In this document: positions 13,504 through 27,930 of the stretch, piece by piece | Position numbering within the stretch: position 1 is the first letter of the stretch | How the letters are laid out: each line of letters starts with the position of its first letter | Assembly (NCBI GenBank): GCA_951406725.2 | Contig: OX597831.1 | Coordinates: 53,134,001-53,198,000, forward strand | Reading direction: 5' to 3' | DNA: 64,000 nt | From: Octopus vulgaris | Lineage: Eukaryota | The notes under the pieces: generated by a model | What the model saw: only the letters and a program-made list of their open reading frames with translations | Told to the model about the DNA's origin: nothing | Database searches by the model: none | Made by a program: the position numbers and the translations under genes

Positions 13504-14809
13504 TATGTTAGTTGCATAGGTGTGAGGTTTGAGAAAAAAAACAAAGCAAAACATTTTTTCCCCTGTCAGAAGAAATCATACTATTTAGAAGAGAGCTTGA
13601 CTTAATAGAAATATCAACCAAATAATTCACCATTTTTAAAACAATGGATGACTCATTTGGTAATATAGACATTTTTTAAAAGACAGGATTCTCATAAATT
13701 AGAATGTCTTAGAACACAGGCTTTTGCAACCAAGAGAAACTAAGATAGCAACAACAACAACAATAACCATTACATTATTCAGAATTCTTCTATTAGTTAA
13801 ACTGGCTGCAACCAACACTTGCTCATTCTTTTCTTTTCCCTTTGTTCCTCTAGATGTACAGGACAAAGATATGTTATCTATAATCTCTGAATTATTAAAA
13901 AAATGTGTGTCCTGTACCTTGAACTGCTAAGATTTTTAAAAATTGTTATCTTTTGTCTGATTAATTCCAACTTGATTTTTGGTTCCAATTCTTATACTTG
14001 AGTAATTGCTAATCTTTGAGATGAATCCAAAGTTCTATTCTCTTTTTTTTTTTCAACATCTCTGTCTCTCTCTCTCTCCCTGTTTGTCTGTCTGTCTCTC
14101 TTATTTCACCAGGAACAAAATACTTAATACTTCCATTTTACTTGATTATCTTAAATATATTATGATTTCGCTTATCTAGATAAGCGAAGCTTTCAGACAT
14201 TTTGGCTGTTTGTTTGTTTATTTATTTATTTTGTTTTTGTTGAAATTTCTGTCAATTCTAATACACGTTAGACATATTAGCAGCTAAGTGGTTAAGATAT
14301 GGTTAGGTCAAAAGTTATGTACTTGGCAAGATATGGAATTTGACTTCAATTTTTGACTTCAATCTAATTTCTGGCCAGATGATAAGTATTAGTTTTAGCT
14401 CATAGTAAGGAATATTAATATTGGGAAAGGTATTCTAGTATGAAAAATAACCTCCGTCCAAAGGGAGTGGTGGTGAAATAAATATGATGTAAAAAGAATA
14501 ATTGATACAACTAATATATACAAAGACCTATTTTTAAGAACCTTTTGTTGCTGTATGTTTCATAAAATGCATTAGCCACACACACACACACACACACCTG
14601 CAAGCAAGGCTGTGTGGTCAAAAAGTCATTTTTCAACCATATAGACCCTGGTTGACCAAAGCCATGTTATTGGATTTGGTTGATGGAAATTGAAAGAAGC
14701 CTGTTGTGTGTGTGTAAATTTAAATCACAATATATGGATTTAAGTAATCCAGTAGTACTCCTAAAATATATAATATATAGTAAGATACCTGAGAAAACAA
14801 TAAGGAGTG

Positions 14810-15181
14810 TATAAAATTATAAATGACAAGAGAAATAGTATGATGAAAATTTATTTAACTATAAGAAAATTCAAGTATCATGACAAATTGTTTCATAACT
14901 TAAAGCATGTAAAGATAATTTATATTATTATATCTAATAGTAAATAAATTACTTACATGTCTGCATTTAGATATTTTTAACAAAGATTTTCTTTCACCTG
15001 AGGATGTATCTTAATTTCTGCATTGTTTTAAAATGTCTTTTGCATTAATGCAAATATATAAGTAATTTATCTATTATTAAATATAATAGAAATTGTGAAA
15101 CAATTTGTCATGATATTAGAATTTTCTTACAGCCAAATAAATTTTCATCATACTATTTCTCTCATCATTTATAACTTTATA
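14810..15181. repeat. Diverged fold-back inverted repeat (~140-150-bp arms)
   Basis: GAGAAATAGTATGATGAAAATTTATTT...TATCATGACAAATTGTTTCA vs TGAAACAATTTGTCATGATA...AAATAAATTTTCATCATACTATTTCTC. Confidence 0.85.
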
Positions 15182-15185
15182 TGTA

Positions 15186-15221
<36 letters not shown>

Positions 15222-18200
15222 ATATAAATAATATATAAATATATGCATATATACATACATATATGTACATACCTACATCTATATGTATATATACATGCAT
15301 ATATATACATGTATATATACATGCATACAGGACATAAAAAAAAATGTTGAACACAATGAAAAGCAAAAACATGGAAAGGATCTTCTTTTCAAACAATGAA
15401 AAAAACAGAGTGCAAGACATACAACACAAGGAATATTCCCCTTCTTCAGTTGTCCCTGTTTTGTCTACTCCGCGTTTCAAAGATATATATATATATATAT
15501 ATATTTGTGTTAATGTATGTATATGTGCTTTTGTCATGCCATTCATGCCTTCACATTGTTTATATGTGTTTGTCTGTGGTTTGTCATGTGAAAGAACAGA
15601 GAAACAAGTACTTTATTTGGAAACATGCAAGGGTAGGTGACAGGAAGAGCATTCAACCTTCAGCCATTGAATGGTTTTACAAGTTTCATTCTAGCATGGA
15701 AAAATCAAACAAAAATGACAATGACAACAGCGACTTTATTCCACCAACTCAGTTTTGATGTTCCTCAATTTCTTCCTTCTACTACAAACTCGTGTACATA
15801 TTCACTAATAGTATAGTATTTTTATTTCAGTTGATCTGTCAGGTCCCATACTTTATTCAGAGCCTTGAAAGTTACTGCGTCTTATTTATTCTTTACACAG
15901 AAAGATCTTTTCTGTTTATTACAATGCTAAATATATGACCCCAGGAAAAGTAGTAGCATCAGCATCAAAACCTAATCTATTAAAGTGAAGATGCATAGCC
16001 TAGTGGTTAGGTTAGACTCACAATTCTAAGGTTGTGGGTTCAGTTCCTGACCAAGTACTGCATTGTGTTATTGAGCAAGGCTCTTTATTTCACATTGGTT
16101 CGCTCCACTCAGTTGGAAATGATCAACTGCAGCAGTAGGGTTAACCTTGTTAAAAAACACCAGAACACCTTGACAGAGCCAATATTCTCTTTAATTAGGC
16201 TCTTCATGTGTAGGTGTAACGACTGCTTGATACTCCATTTTCTACAGGAGAAAGGCTTTCTTGAGGGACTGATTTTCTTTATTGTCCCTGACATTTTCTT
16301 CTTACTTTAACTTATTACAGCCCATCAAAGGTGATGGCAGCATCGATCCGAGACATTCATCCTCCTCTGTTTCTCATGGGAGCAGACATGGCTAACAAAA
16401 CTGATACGAGATAGGCAGATTCTGTGGCACTGAGGGTACTGGAAGTGATCCCAAACAACAACCTCATGGGATTGATGCTGTCTCCTCCTCTCTTTGGTTT
16501 CAAAGTGCTCTACTCCAGCATCTCACATGGACTTCCATGCCTTCAAATTAACAGCCATGGACACCAAACAGTTGGGAGGGATACCACATAAAATAAAAAA
16601 ACTCCTTCAGATAATCATGAAAACAAAGTTTTGGACATCCATGAGACCTACTTCCAATCTCAATCTCACAGAAGAGGTTCATCTTTGGGAGCTGGTTACC
16701 TGGCATCCAAGTCACAATGATGAATTTATTGATGGCACCAACTAAACTTAGTACATTATCACTGATACATTTCTGCTACTATCTAACCAGCTAAACTAAA
16801 TAACTTAACCAATATCCTCAATATTTTGAAACACTGCTTAACTCTTTGCAACCATATTTCATACGAAATAGAATGCCAGTCTGTTTCAATTAGTTTTGGG
16901 ATTAATTAAGAATTTATGCAGATTTTGTGAAATAATTTTGATGTTTCTCTATTTCTTCTTAAGCACAGATATAACTGTGTGACAAACAGTTTGCTTTCTA
17001 ACCACATGGTTTCAGGTTCAGTCCCACTGTGTTGCACCTTGGGCGAGTGTTTTCCACTATAGCCTTTAAAGGGTTTATTTAGTCAAACAAACTCCCCCAG
17101 TACTTATTTTATATGTCTGGTACTTATTCTGTCAGATACTTTTGCTGAACTGCTAAGTTATGTGGTGATGATGAGACAAACACTATCAGATACACACACA
17201 CAAACACGATAGGTTTGCAAATAGTTTCTGTTTCCCAGATTTACTCTCAAGGCATTATTTGGCTTGGGAGATATAGTAGAAGACGCTTACCCACGGTGTC
17301 ATGCAGTGGGGCTGAACCCAAAAGCCTGTGTTTGCAAAGTAAACCTCTTAACCACACAGCCTCTAAGGTGGGTTGGTATAAATCTACTGTTGAAATGCAC
17401 CATCGCTGTTTCAATTAATATTGGTTTCAAATTTTGGCATAATTGGCAGCAATTTTGGAGACAGGGTAAGTTGGTTATATCGACCCCAGTACTCAATTGG
17501 TACTTATTTTATTGACCCCAAAAGGTTGAAAGGCAAAGCTGACCTCAGTGGAACGTAAAGACAGACAAAATACCACTAAGCATTTTGCTTGGCATGCTAA
17601 CAATTCTGCCAACTTGTCACTTTGTTTCAATTAATATTAATATTTGGTAAATTTGGTAAAATATCTTTATCACTATTAAAATGGGGTTTGAATCATAAAC
17701 TAACATAAATTTTGACTGGAAGTTTTAATTTACAACATTTTAAAATAGGAAGTTTGTACCAAAGAACTAGGGTCTGTCTCAGATAGTTTGATACCCAAAG
17801 GGCTAATACGGTTACTGCAATTTTCTCCATTAACAGTAAATAAAATTTATAGGAATTTGAAAGGAAAATATCAACTCTAAAAATCTGTTTTCTCAATATG
17901 ATTGTTTATCTGTCTTATCTATGTAAGTAAATGGTATGAAAGGTTAAAGTAGCAATGTTCTTTTTAGTCAGCATTTATTAATATAGATTTCAGTAAAATG
18001 CTCTTACCAACCCTTTTCAAATCTAATCAAATTACAACAGCATGTGAATAATGTTTTTTTTTATCAATTTTTTTTATTATTATTTTTATTTTTTTAAACC
18101 CAAAGCTGCACCAGCTTAATAACTGAACTAAGAAATTTGAGACAGTACCGTGTGCATGTCGATTGTAAAGATAAATAGTAATCGTTATATTTTTGATATT

Positions 18201-20224
18201 ATTCAGTGGTTTCTTCTAATAATAACAAAATGGCGCTATATATGAATACTTAAGACTAGGAATTATTAGATCTTTGTAATATGTAAACAAAGTAAAAAAT
18301 AATAAATAAATAAATATGTGTATTCTGTGCATCTTGCTAGTTCCTTGACTTTAAATATAAAACTTCAAATCCTGCCAAATATTATGTAGAAGTGATTATT
18401 TCCCTTACACTAACTGACCATGGCTTAGTGGTTAGGGTATTTGATTCACAATCGTATGGTTGTGAGTTCAATTCCTGGTAACGCATTGCGTCCTTGATCA
18501 AGACACTTTATTTCACATTGCTCAAGTCCACTCAGCTGGCAAAAATGAGTAGTACCTGTAATTCAAAGAGTCAGTCCTATAATCTTTTTTGTCATGCTAA
18601 GTCTCCCTGAGGACAATGTTAAAGGCACACGTGTCTGTGGAGCATTCAGCCACTTGCACGTTAATTTCGTAAGTAGGCTGTTCCATTGATTGGATCAACT
18701 GGAAAACTCTTTATAACCAATGGAGAGCCATTTTTTTTACACTAACTGGCCACCATGGAACATGTGTTTGAGAGCTTCCTACACCATTAAAATATCAATA
18801 ACCGTTTAATGAACCAATAATGAAGTCTTTATGTGGACTCTCGACTTCCTAGAAATAATAGCTGTCATTCCAAAGATGAGGAAACAACAATGCCTACGTG
18901 TCTGTTGAGAAGGAATTGTTTAGCGTGTGATTCAATGATCTGTGTTTTTTTTAACTTGTTTTCAGTAAATTAATTTCCCTGCTTTGTTAGTGAATTTGGA
19001 TGAAGGAAACTGTACAGAAACCTGCAGTGTGTGTGTGTGTGTGTGTGTGTAGGTATTTGTGGATATGCACATTGTATTTCTCTCTCACTAATTACCTAAT
19101 GGTGTTGGTTTGTTTACATCCCTGTAATTTGTAGCAAACTTAAAATAAGTTGTGGAATCAATTTGATTGACAAAATAAACCCTTCAATGTGGTGCCCCAG
19201 CACATCTGCAGGCCAGTGATCGAAACAAGTAAAAGAATAAAGGAATATTTATTGATTTATTGTCTTGTAAGAGAAAGGACACATTAATAAATGTCATCCT
19301 AGATATATGCAGTGCTTCAGAGTAGGCTGAGATGGTCTTGGGTGGAATGCTTCTGATCATAGATCTGTTCAGTCAGTACTGACCTGTGGTTAAACAAAAA
19401 CAAGGATTGTTCAATAATCTTGTTTTTGTATAATCCTGCCTGTAATATCCTGTACTGTACTTTTAACTTATCTAAGTGATAACTTTAAGTGGTTACAATA
19501 TTTCTTGGCTTATGATTGTTTGTCTTTTCTTGGTCTTTGTACCTTGTTGAACGACGGCAACTTGCTGATACATGTATACTGCTTAATATCTTGACTAGTA
19601 ACATTTTAAATATGAAATTATGAAACTTGTTTTGAAATCATGAAACCTGTTATCATAGGAATCTCATCCAATGCTCTAAAGATGTTGAAATTGCTGGCAT
19701 TGTATATTTATTCATTCAGTTGAAATGATTTTTTTAATATGTAATTCATATTACCTCCTTTGTATTTGTAGCTCATTGGTAAATTACAAATTAGTTTAGA
19801 TCACAATTCTGTGTTTCTTGCACAAGTGGAATTAAAACTAAAACTATGTCTCTCCCTCATATTGATTAATTTGGTCCTCAACTAGGTGGTCACAGTTGGA
19901 ATTCTTTTGAAGAAATGATTCTATTGACTTAACTCTTTGGCCTTCAGTTTACTCTAATCAAATGTAATGCTTATTTATTCTTGTGCCAAAATCATTATCA
20001 TCATTATTATTAAAATTTTTTTTTTTTTTTGAATGAGTTTTTTTTAAAGGCCTCTGGAATTAGTGAGTTGGGGAGTGAAAGAAATTCTCAAATCTTAGAC
20101 CTGATCAGAATACCTGCATCAGACTAGACTCTGCTGAAAGTACCCAAAATGTCCTGTGGCACTTTGGATATTTTCAGCAGTATTTAATCTGGCATTCTTA
20201 CAATTCCACCAATCCATTGTAGAT

Positions 20225-20510
20225 CAATGCTTCTCAAACTATCTGGTATGGCGTACAGGCAATTTTTTTTTCCCAATGTGCCAGGGACCAGTACTATTTC
20301 TTAGTAATATTAATTTATACCAGAAATATATAATGAATATAATAAAAGTTGACAATCTTCTTTTAATCATATTTATTTTGTGAACAAGTAATACAATATT
20401 ACATAAACATTTTATAATGTTTCTTTCTTTTCTGGAAACTCGCCACACACTTGCAGCTGATGGCCTGTGGACCATTACCGGTCCATGGACCATCACTTTG
20501 AGTAGCACTG
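20225..20510. mobile_element. hAT-like MITE
   Basis: Ends CAATGCTTCTCAAA ... TTTGAGTAGCACTG. Confidence 0.6.
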
Positions 20511-20539
20511 CTGTAGAAAACACTTTATTTGTTTGCTAA

Positions 20540-22110
20540 GAGACCTACTTGAAAGGCATGAAATAAAAATTGGGTAGGACAAGGAGTGATATCATGAAGT
20601 TGGTTAAGATAGAAAGTGAAACTAAGATGTTAACCAATGTTCTATCTTGAGGATGGAAGAGATGAAGTGTTTGAATAACTAGGCGTTGTAGGATTTTTGT
20701 TTTTTTTATAAATCAGTGTTAATGGACAGTAAATGTACAAGTGTATGGAAGTGCTTTAATGACAGGTTGTTGAATGATAAATACAAGTTGTGAAGAACAA
20801 TTTGAAATGGAACCAATAGAAGGGCCAGTTATTGAGGTAGTTTTCAGCATAATTAGAAAGTATATTAAGATGATGTCAGAGAAAGCTGCTAGTTCACTAA
20901 GGATAGTTGCTGGGTTGTCGGAGGCATCAAGCTATGGAAGTCATATTTTGTTACTTGGTTAGTTAACTAGGTAAATTAACCTTTTGGCATTCAGATACTT
21001 GTTTATTTACATTATCTTGAATTAATCATGCATCATCTTGTAGCTTTGAGATTTTGATGATGTGATTATTTATTTTTAAAATGACATTTTAGAGTAGGTG
21101 AGAGAAGCTGGATCTGGCCACTTTGAGCATAGAACAGGTTGAAAATTTGTGCCAGACATGGTCAGTTTAAATGCTAAAGGATTGATAAAAATGATGTCAA
21201 TCCCATTGCCTGTGTAGCAGTCTTATCATCAGTTGTTACAAAGGCATTGGAGAGGTGAAAATTCCAGAGGTTTGAAAGTAATTGAGTTTTAACAAAGCTA
21301 GTTCAGAATATGGTTAGTTTGATATGATGTGCTTTGGTTTTGTACTAGCATATTAACCCATAGTGAAACAGCTGCAAGAGAATTTCTTTATTAAAAACAA
21401 ATCACTCCTCTTGGGATTTACTGACTCAGCTTTAGACAGTGTCTGTCCTCCTTTCTCTAGTTTGGTGGATATTAAGGAAATTATATGTAAATGAATAGCT
21501 TGTTAGAATCATGTAAGCCATATATGAGTGTGCTGTTAATAAGTTAGATTTGGCAATGATGTATTTATTTTACTGGTAAGTGTTCACTAGGACTCTGTCT
21601 TCATCCCCCTTTCCTTCCTGATAGTCATTATGGTTATATACAGCTCTGAACTGGATCTCCTGGAGATTTATATGTTGCTCTAGTTCTCATAGCAGAATCT
21701 ATTAAAAACTTTCAGAAACTTTCAAAACTTGAAGCGTAATCTTGTGACTAAAGGCCGGCATAGTAAAGACCAAAGTACTAAGTTGGTAAGGGAGAACAAA
21801 AGTTGCTGGGAACTAGTCTTGGTATGTGGAAAAGGAGTTGGCTGGAACTTCATATTGTATTCTCAATGCAAGAGATGGGAATGCAAAAAGGTACTGGTTC
21901 TTACAGAGAACCCGGTTAAAGTAAGGAAGAGGCTATTAGAAGTTCAAAGAACTGTTAACTCTGTTTACATCAATGGGTTCCTGTTTTTGTACAACCCCAC
22001 CACCTCCAAAAACAGACTCTGTACAAAGTGCATTTAAATAGAAGGGTCAAAGAAGACATGTTGGCTTAGTTGAAGGTTTTTGCACAACTTTGCCCTTGTG
22101 AAAATTCTTC
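20540..22110 (+). mobile_element. Heavily decayed RTE-like LINE remnant, interrupted by a TTAA MITE (~20977-21185)
   Basis: Fragments such as 'PIEGPVIEV...IKMMSEKAA' and 'KRNLVTKG' resemble RTE ORF2; many stops. Confidence 0.45.
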
Positions 22111-22339
22111 AGAATGCATGATACAGTGGAATAACTTCCCCATGAATCTAACTTTCAGACCCTTATCTTTATTACAGAAATAGAGTGCTTTATTGTTTAT
22201 TTAGTGTTTGTTAATTATTTGTGTATACTTTATAATTTTCCTACCCTAAAAAATAGAACTTTTGAGTTGACTAAAGAATAAATAAATAAATAAAAAGTTT
22301 TAGATGATAAATATTGTTTGAATAGCAGCATATAGTTGG

Positions 22340-22547
22340 TTAAGCAATGAATTCCATTTTTTCATAAACACATTATCCTTGTAAACGAGAGTGTGTGTAT
22401 GCACTTTCAGTCTCACTAGTTAGTTAGTTAATTTTTTGGCTCAAAAAGCAAAAAGTTAACTAACTAACTAGTGAGACTGAAAGTACATACACACACTCTC
22501 TTTTACAAGGATAATGTGTTTATGAAAAAATGGAATTCATTGCTTAA
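22340..22547. repeat. Near-perfect long inverted repeat (~98-bp arms, ~12-nt spacer)
   Basis: TTAAGCAATGAATTCC...TTAGTTAATTTTTT / AAAAAGTTAACTAA...GGAATTCATTGCTTAA, with only a few mismatches. Confidence 0.95.
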
Positions 22548-22859
22548 TGTAATATATCTATCCTGTTTAGATTTCAAGTATTTCCATTTACTAGGAGGGG
22601 CTATTGTGGAAAACCCAAACAAGGGACAATAGCTAAATGAGTGTTGTCAAATTTGATAATGAAGTTAACTGGAGGTTTTAGAATAACTGCAGCATCATTG
22701 TAAATATGAAACTGGTTATTGTTACTCAATCTGAAACAGATTAGTTGCTATAATTCAGGGACAGTATCCATATTGCACATTTTGTTTTAATCTTCTTTTC
22801 CATTTCTCAAACTATCTCTCTGAGCTCATGTATTGTCTTTGATCATTAATATTTTTGTA

Positions 22860-23369
22860 CTGTAAATCCTTGAGTATAGTCTGCCCTTGAATATAATACG
22901 TTGGGGATTTTTAGGGGGCTGTACCTCTGAAAAACCTAAACCTTGTGTATAATACGCACCCCTTCTCTAACTTGAGTCAAGGAGGTCTATATAACGTCCT
23001 TGGTTTGTAAAACTGTATATGGTAACATCCTTTATTGTTATTGTATATATAACATAATGCAAACGTGTAGCTTTTTTGTGCATTTTGTTTGCAGAAAATA
23101 AAGAAATAATAGTAATAACATTTAATAAATGTTGCTTATTGCAAGTTATGTATGATTCTTTTATGACTTCATTGCTTTCAGGTTTACCTTAAGGTATTTT
23201 CGCACCTGATATCAAAATGTATCTGAATAAACATTGCCGGACAGCAAATAGAGTCTCGGACATTGCTTAGAAAATAATTTTCATTTTTAACCTCGTATAT
23301 AGTACGCACTAGGGATTTTGACCTTTAAATTTTGGGAAAAAAATGCGGATTATATTCGAGGATTTACGG
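22860..23369. mobile_element. Tc2/pogo-like non-autonomous element
   Basis: TA|CTGTAAATCCTTGAGTATAGTC ... GATTATATTCGAGGATTTACGG|TA terminal inverted repeats. Confidence 0.75.
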
Positions 23370-25167
23370 TAACCATATTTCTAATGAAATACACCCTCCT
23401 TATGTTTTAATAATATTTGAAAACCATTGAAAATTTGTAAAATAATTACCTTTCATTATTGAACTACTGTTGAAAGTTAGTGAGCTGGCACAATGTTTGG
23501 CATGTTGGACAGACTGCTAGCAACATTTCTTCCAACGCTTTACATTCTGATTTAAATCCCAACAAAGTCAACTTTGCCTTTCTTCCTTTCATGGATGATG
23601 AAATAAATGATCAACCAAGTACTGGAGTTGATATAATTGACTCGTCACCTCCCCTCAAAATTGTTGGTCTTGTGCCAAAGTTAGAATTATTAAACTGGTG
23701 TTTAGAATATAATACTAGGCTTGCACATGAAATTATTATAGAATGCTCACATTTAGGTGCAGTTGTGGCTCTGTGGTAAGGAGGTTCCCAACCACATGGT
23801 TCCGGGTTCAGTCCCACAGCATGGTACCTTGTGCATGTGTTTTCTACTACAGCCTCAGGCTGACCAAAGCCTTGTGGGTGGATTTAGTAGACAGAAACTG
23901 AAAGAAGCCTGTTGTGTGTGTGTTTGTGTTTATCCCCCACCATTGCATGGCTACAACTGATGTTGGTGTATTTATGTACCTGTAACTTGGCAGTTTAGCA
24001 AAAGAGGCTGATAGAATAAATATCAGGCTTTTAAAAAAAATGGAAATACTGGGGTTGATTCCTTGAATTAAAATTCTTCAAGGTAATATCCCAGCATGGC
24101 TGCAGCCTAATGACTGAAAACAAACAAAAGATAAAAGATTTAAATACAAACACTTTAAAATAGTTTGTTTAATATTGTAGAACCAGATGTTGTCTCAGTT
24201 AAGTTAGTATCAAAATGGTTAATCTAACATTAGACATATTAGCTCCACCTATTTATTCATTTCCTTTTAGTCTAGGTGAGCCAGACAAGGTCATAGGTGT
24301 TGTCCCTCCTCTTACTAATAATTACAAATGTATTTATGAAAAGTTAAAAATTTTCATTAAAATTTGAAATGTTATTTAAAATTTTTCATTTTTGTATTTG
24401 ATTTGCAAGATTCTTTGCTGTGAGCCCATATGTTGAAACAGATTTTGTTTCTTTGGAAGGTCATTAAGCCATTATGAAGCTCACACACTGGTTCTATTCC
24501 ATTTCTTTTATTATCTATTAGTAGACTAGTTAATCATTTAACCAATTAACTAATAGTTTGTTTGATTAATTGTTCAGTCAATCCATCAGTGACTGCCAGA
24601 TAGCTAACAAAGATGAAAATTTCTTTTAACCATGTTAATTAATATTTTTGTTAAACCAAAATTTTCTTTAAAGTTATCTCCCTTTTTCTTTGATAGTTGC
24701 TTACAGTTAGTGTTAAGTTTTTTTCTTTTTTTCTTTCTGTAACTAAGAGGTAAATTTTAAATACTTTTTGTAGCAAGATTTTTTTCAATGATTGAGATTT
24801 TTTGGTTCATGTCATTCAGCAAAGTGCTCCTTTCTTGATTTACCTTATAGCATAGCCTCAGAATTACCAATGCTTTCTGAAATTTGGCACATGGAAACTA
24901 TGCTGATGCTTGTGATATATTTGTATATATCAGCTGCAGTTGAGAACTCGTACATTCAAACAGAAATATCCTGTGGTGTTTGTGCCTAATTGAATTATCC
25001 CTTCTTACACCAATGACTATTTTGCATTTCATATCTTACATGAAGGATGAATGAATTATTGCCCCAAGTTGCTATAATCAACTAAATCTTCTTGAAGGCA
25101 TGGCCACAGTCCTTTGATTCAAACCCTATAAAACAATGAATTCCAGCTTTTATAACCTTTTTATTGT

Positions 25168-25480
25168 GCGTGGCTTAGTAGTTAGAGTATTCAGCTCATG
25201 ATTATAAGGTCATGAGTTCAATTCCCAGTAACACATTGTGTTGAGCAAGACACTTTATTTCAGGTTGTTCCCATCCACTCAGCTGGCAAAAATGAGTAGT
25301 ACCTGTAACCCAAAGGGCCAGCCTTGTTACACTCTGTATCACGCTGAATCCCCCTGAGAACTATGTTAAGGGTACACATGTCTGTGGAATTCTCAGCCAC
25401 TTGTATGTTAATTTCACAAGCAGGCTGTTCTGTTGATTAGATCAACTGGAACCCTCATCATAATCAACAGAGAGCCAGTT
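25168..25480 (+). mobile_element. tRNA-derived SINE family C (other copies 18418-18730 +, 26030-26348 -; variant 3' end 30582-30900 +, 40243-40580 -, 62272-62592 -)
   Basis: GTGGCTTAGTAGTTAG...GAGTTCAATTCC...TTGAGCAAGACACTTTATTTCA...CCACTCAGCTG. Confidence 0.8.
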
Positions 25481-27250
25481 GTCTTATTTACTTACTGAAG
25501 CCCTTTTGTTCCCCAAACAGCATAGACCATCAATGACTTTTCTCCAATTTTCTCAACTCTAGGCTGCCCCTGAAAGAAAGCCTTCTTCTCTCAGATCTTG
25601 TTGGTTTTGAATTGTCATTTATTTTTCTGTAACTTTACATTTTCTAGGTCAGGGATATTGATCCAATGCAATTCATATTTTCTATCCTATTAAAAATGTC
25701 ACAGGTAAGACTGAGCTTTAGATGATTTTGGGTGATCATGTGCAGTATATGATCATCATCCCTCTTCATAGGACTGAAGAATGATGTCAAGATTTCCTGG
25801 CAGTGATGATACTCTGTCATATTCCTTGTTGCCTATTTACAATCCTGTGAGAAGAGTTGAACCTAAGCACTATGAACCCATAAAAATTATACAATGTCAC
25901 CTTTATTAAGAACTTCAGGGGTCATAGGTAGTGGATTTTACTTTGATGTTTTACAGTTCAGTGGGGTTGAACTGAGAAAGTTCTGTCCTTTGGTGAATGA
26001 TGTATGCCAGTTTTTTGGCTAGATGGTACCTGGCATACTGTTGGTTACGATGATGAGGATTCCACTTGATCTGGCCAACAGCTTGCTCGTGAAATTAATT
26101 TGCAAGTGGCTGAGCACTCTACAGAGATGCATGCCTTTAACACAGTTCTCAGGAAGATTCAGTGTGACAGTGTGATGAGGCTGGCCCATTTGAGTTATAG
26201 GTATTATTCATTTTTGCCAGTTGAGTGAACTGGAGCAACGTGAAATAAAGTGTTTCACTCAAGGACATAACATGGCACATTGGAATCAAACTTATGACCT
26301 TAACAGTTGTGAGCTGAACACCCTAACTACAAAATCACATACCTTCACTGGATGGTACCTAGAGAGTTATAAACAAGTTTTATTACTAAACTTGAAAAAA
26401 TTTTTGAATCTGTATTTAGCTTTAATGATGAAATTATTAAAATATGACTGAGCAAGAAGGTATAATATGAGGAAATTTACATTTAATTCCAAGAAACTAG
26501 ATTTTATTAATGAAATGTGTGCGTTTCAACTGAGACAGCCAAGGTGTTAATCCATTCAATTTGTTCAAAGATGGGGAACAAAGTAATGATGGAATATGAT
26601 TTTGTTTCTATGAGAATTGGTCTGAGAAATACATGGTGATATTTTGAGTCAACATGAATGCCTTTACAAGGTTATTTGATATGTTAGAAATAGCAGTCAA
26701 ATCTCCCTGAAACCACATGTTGCTTTTAAAGTAAAAAGGAATATGTTACATAATACATCCTGGGTTATGCTATTCTTGAAAAAGCACAACACAAGAAATA
26801 AAAAAAACAGAATTGTCTCAGTTGATTGTTCTACTTGGCCACAGCCAATTTGGGGCTATCCCCTATGTGGTGGTTCAACCTGCTAGAAATAGCAGATTGA
26901 ACAAGTTTCTTTCAAATCACATCATTTTGATAAAGAGAAAGGACACATTAGACAATGTGGTTCTGACCAACTCTTAAAAAAGATGGGACATTATTGTTGG
27001 AAACTGGAATGCCTTTGAGCTGACCCTGGATTAAACAACAACAACAACAACAACATTGTGGTATTCTCAGATATGTAAAAAAATTAATTAAAAACTGCAA
27101 CAACAAAATAAGCATAGAAATACTGAGAAAGTGAGAGAGAGAGAGATGGGGAGAGAAGGAAAAAGGATCATATAGGTTTTTATATGAATAGATTTGTACA
27201 GAAAATATTAGACTTTATCAAATACATTTTTCTAAATCTTGTGCTCACAT

Positions 27251-27281
<31 letters not shown>

Positions 27282-27482
27282 GAAATTATTGTGTATTGAC
27301 TGTTGACTTTATCTTCTCCTTGGAAGTGTTTCTTTTTGTTTTTAATTTATATTTTATTTTTTTATTTACTATTCTCAGCTGTTAACCTCTGTATCTACTT
27401 CACTAATTAATTTTCAATATAATGAGATAGGTTTTTAAGTGGTACATTTGTGTGTGTGTGTGTGTTGGTGATGTTTTATTCT

Positions 27483-27513
<31 letters not shown>

Positions 27514-27884
27514 TGTTACTTGTTTCTTGACCAATGTCACATAAGCAACACTACAGATAACAAAAGTCCTACAGAGCTAAACTTTGATCCTTTTCTTTAC
27601 TCATACTTTCAACTGAAAAGCATCTCAAAATTCACCCCCCCTATTCTCTTTCTTACTATTATTATTGGTATTATTCATAACCTTATTGTCTTTCACTATA
27701 TATTTGTTTTTTTTTTTATTGTTTTTCATTTGTTTGTTAACAAGACTCTGTAAAATTATCTCATGACTAGCTCTCCCCCACTTTCCCTCACCTTCCTTCT
27801 CCTCCCTCCCTATCTCTCTTCTATCTTCTCCCACACACTGTGTGGACTAATCCATCTGAATAGCAGGGTACAAAAGTTACACTG

Positions 27885-27930
27885 ATCTGCTTATAAGACT
27901 AACCTTAAGTGTCTCTGCCAGTTCAGCTTA
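27885..27930 (+). promoter_or_regulatory. Candidate intronic Pol II core promoter (TATA-like + Inr-like)
   Basis: TTATAAG at 27891-27897 and GCCAGTT with A at 27920 (~28-29 nt spacing). It sits at the start of a non-repetitive, GC-richer island 4.4 kb upstream of mir-750. Confidence 0.4.

Noticed and set aside
21431-21454. TTAGACAGTGTCTGTCCTCCTTT resembling miR-1994
   Set aside because: It has mismatches and an insertion, no partner arm, and lies within a decayed LINE region.
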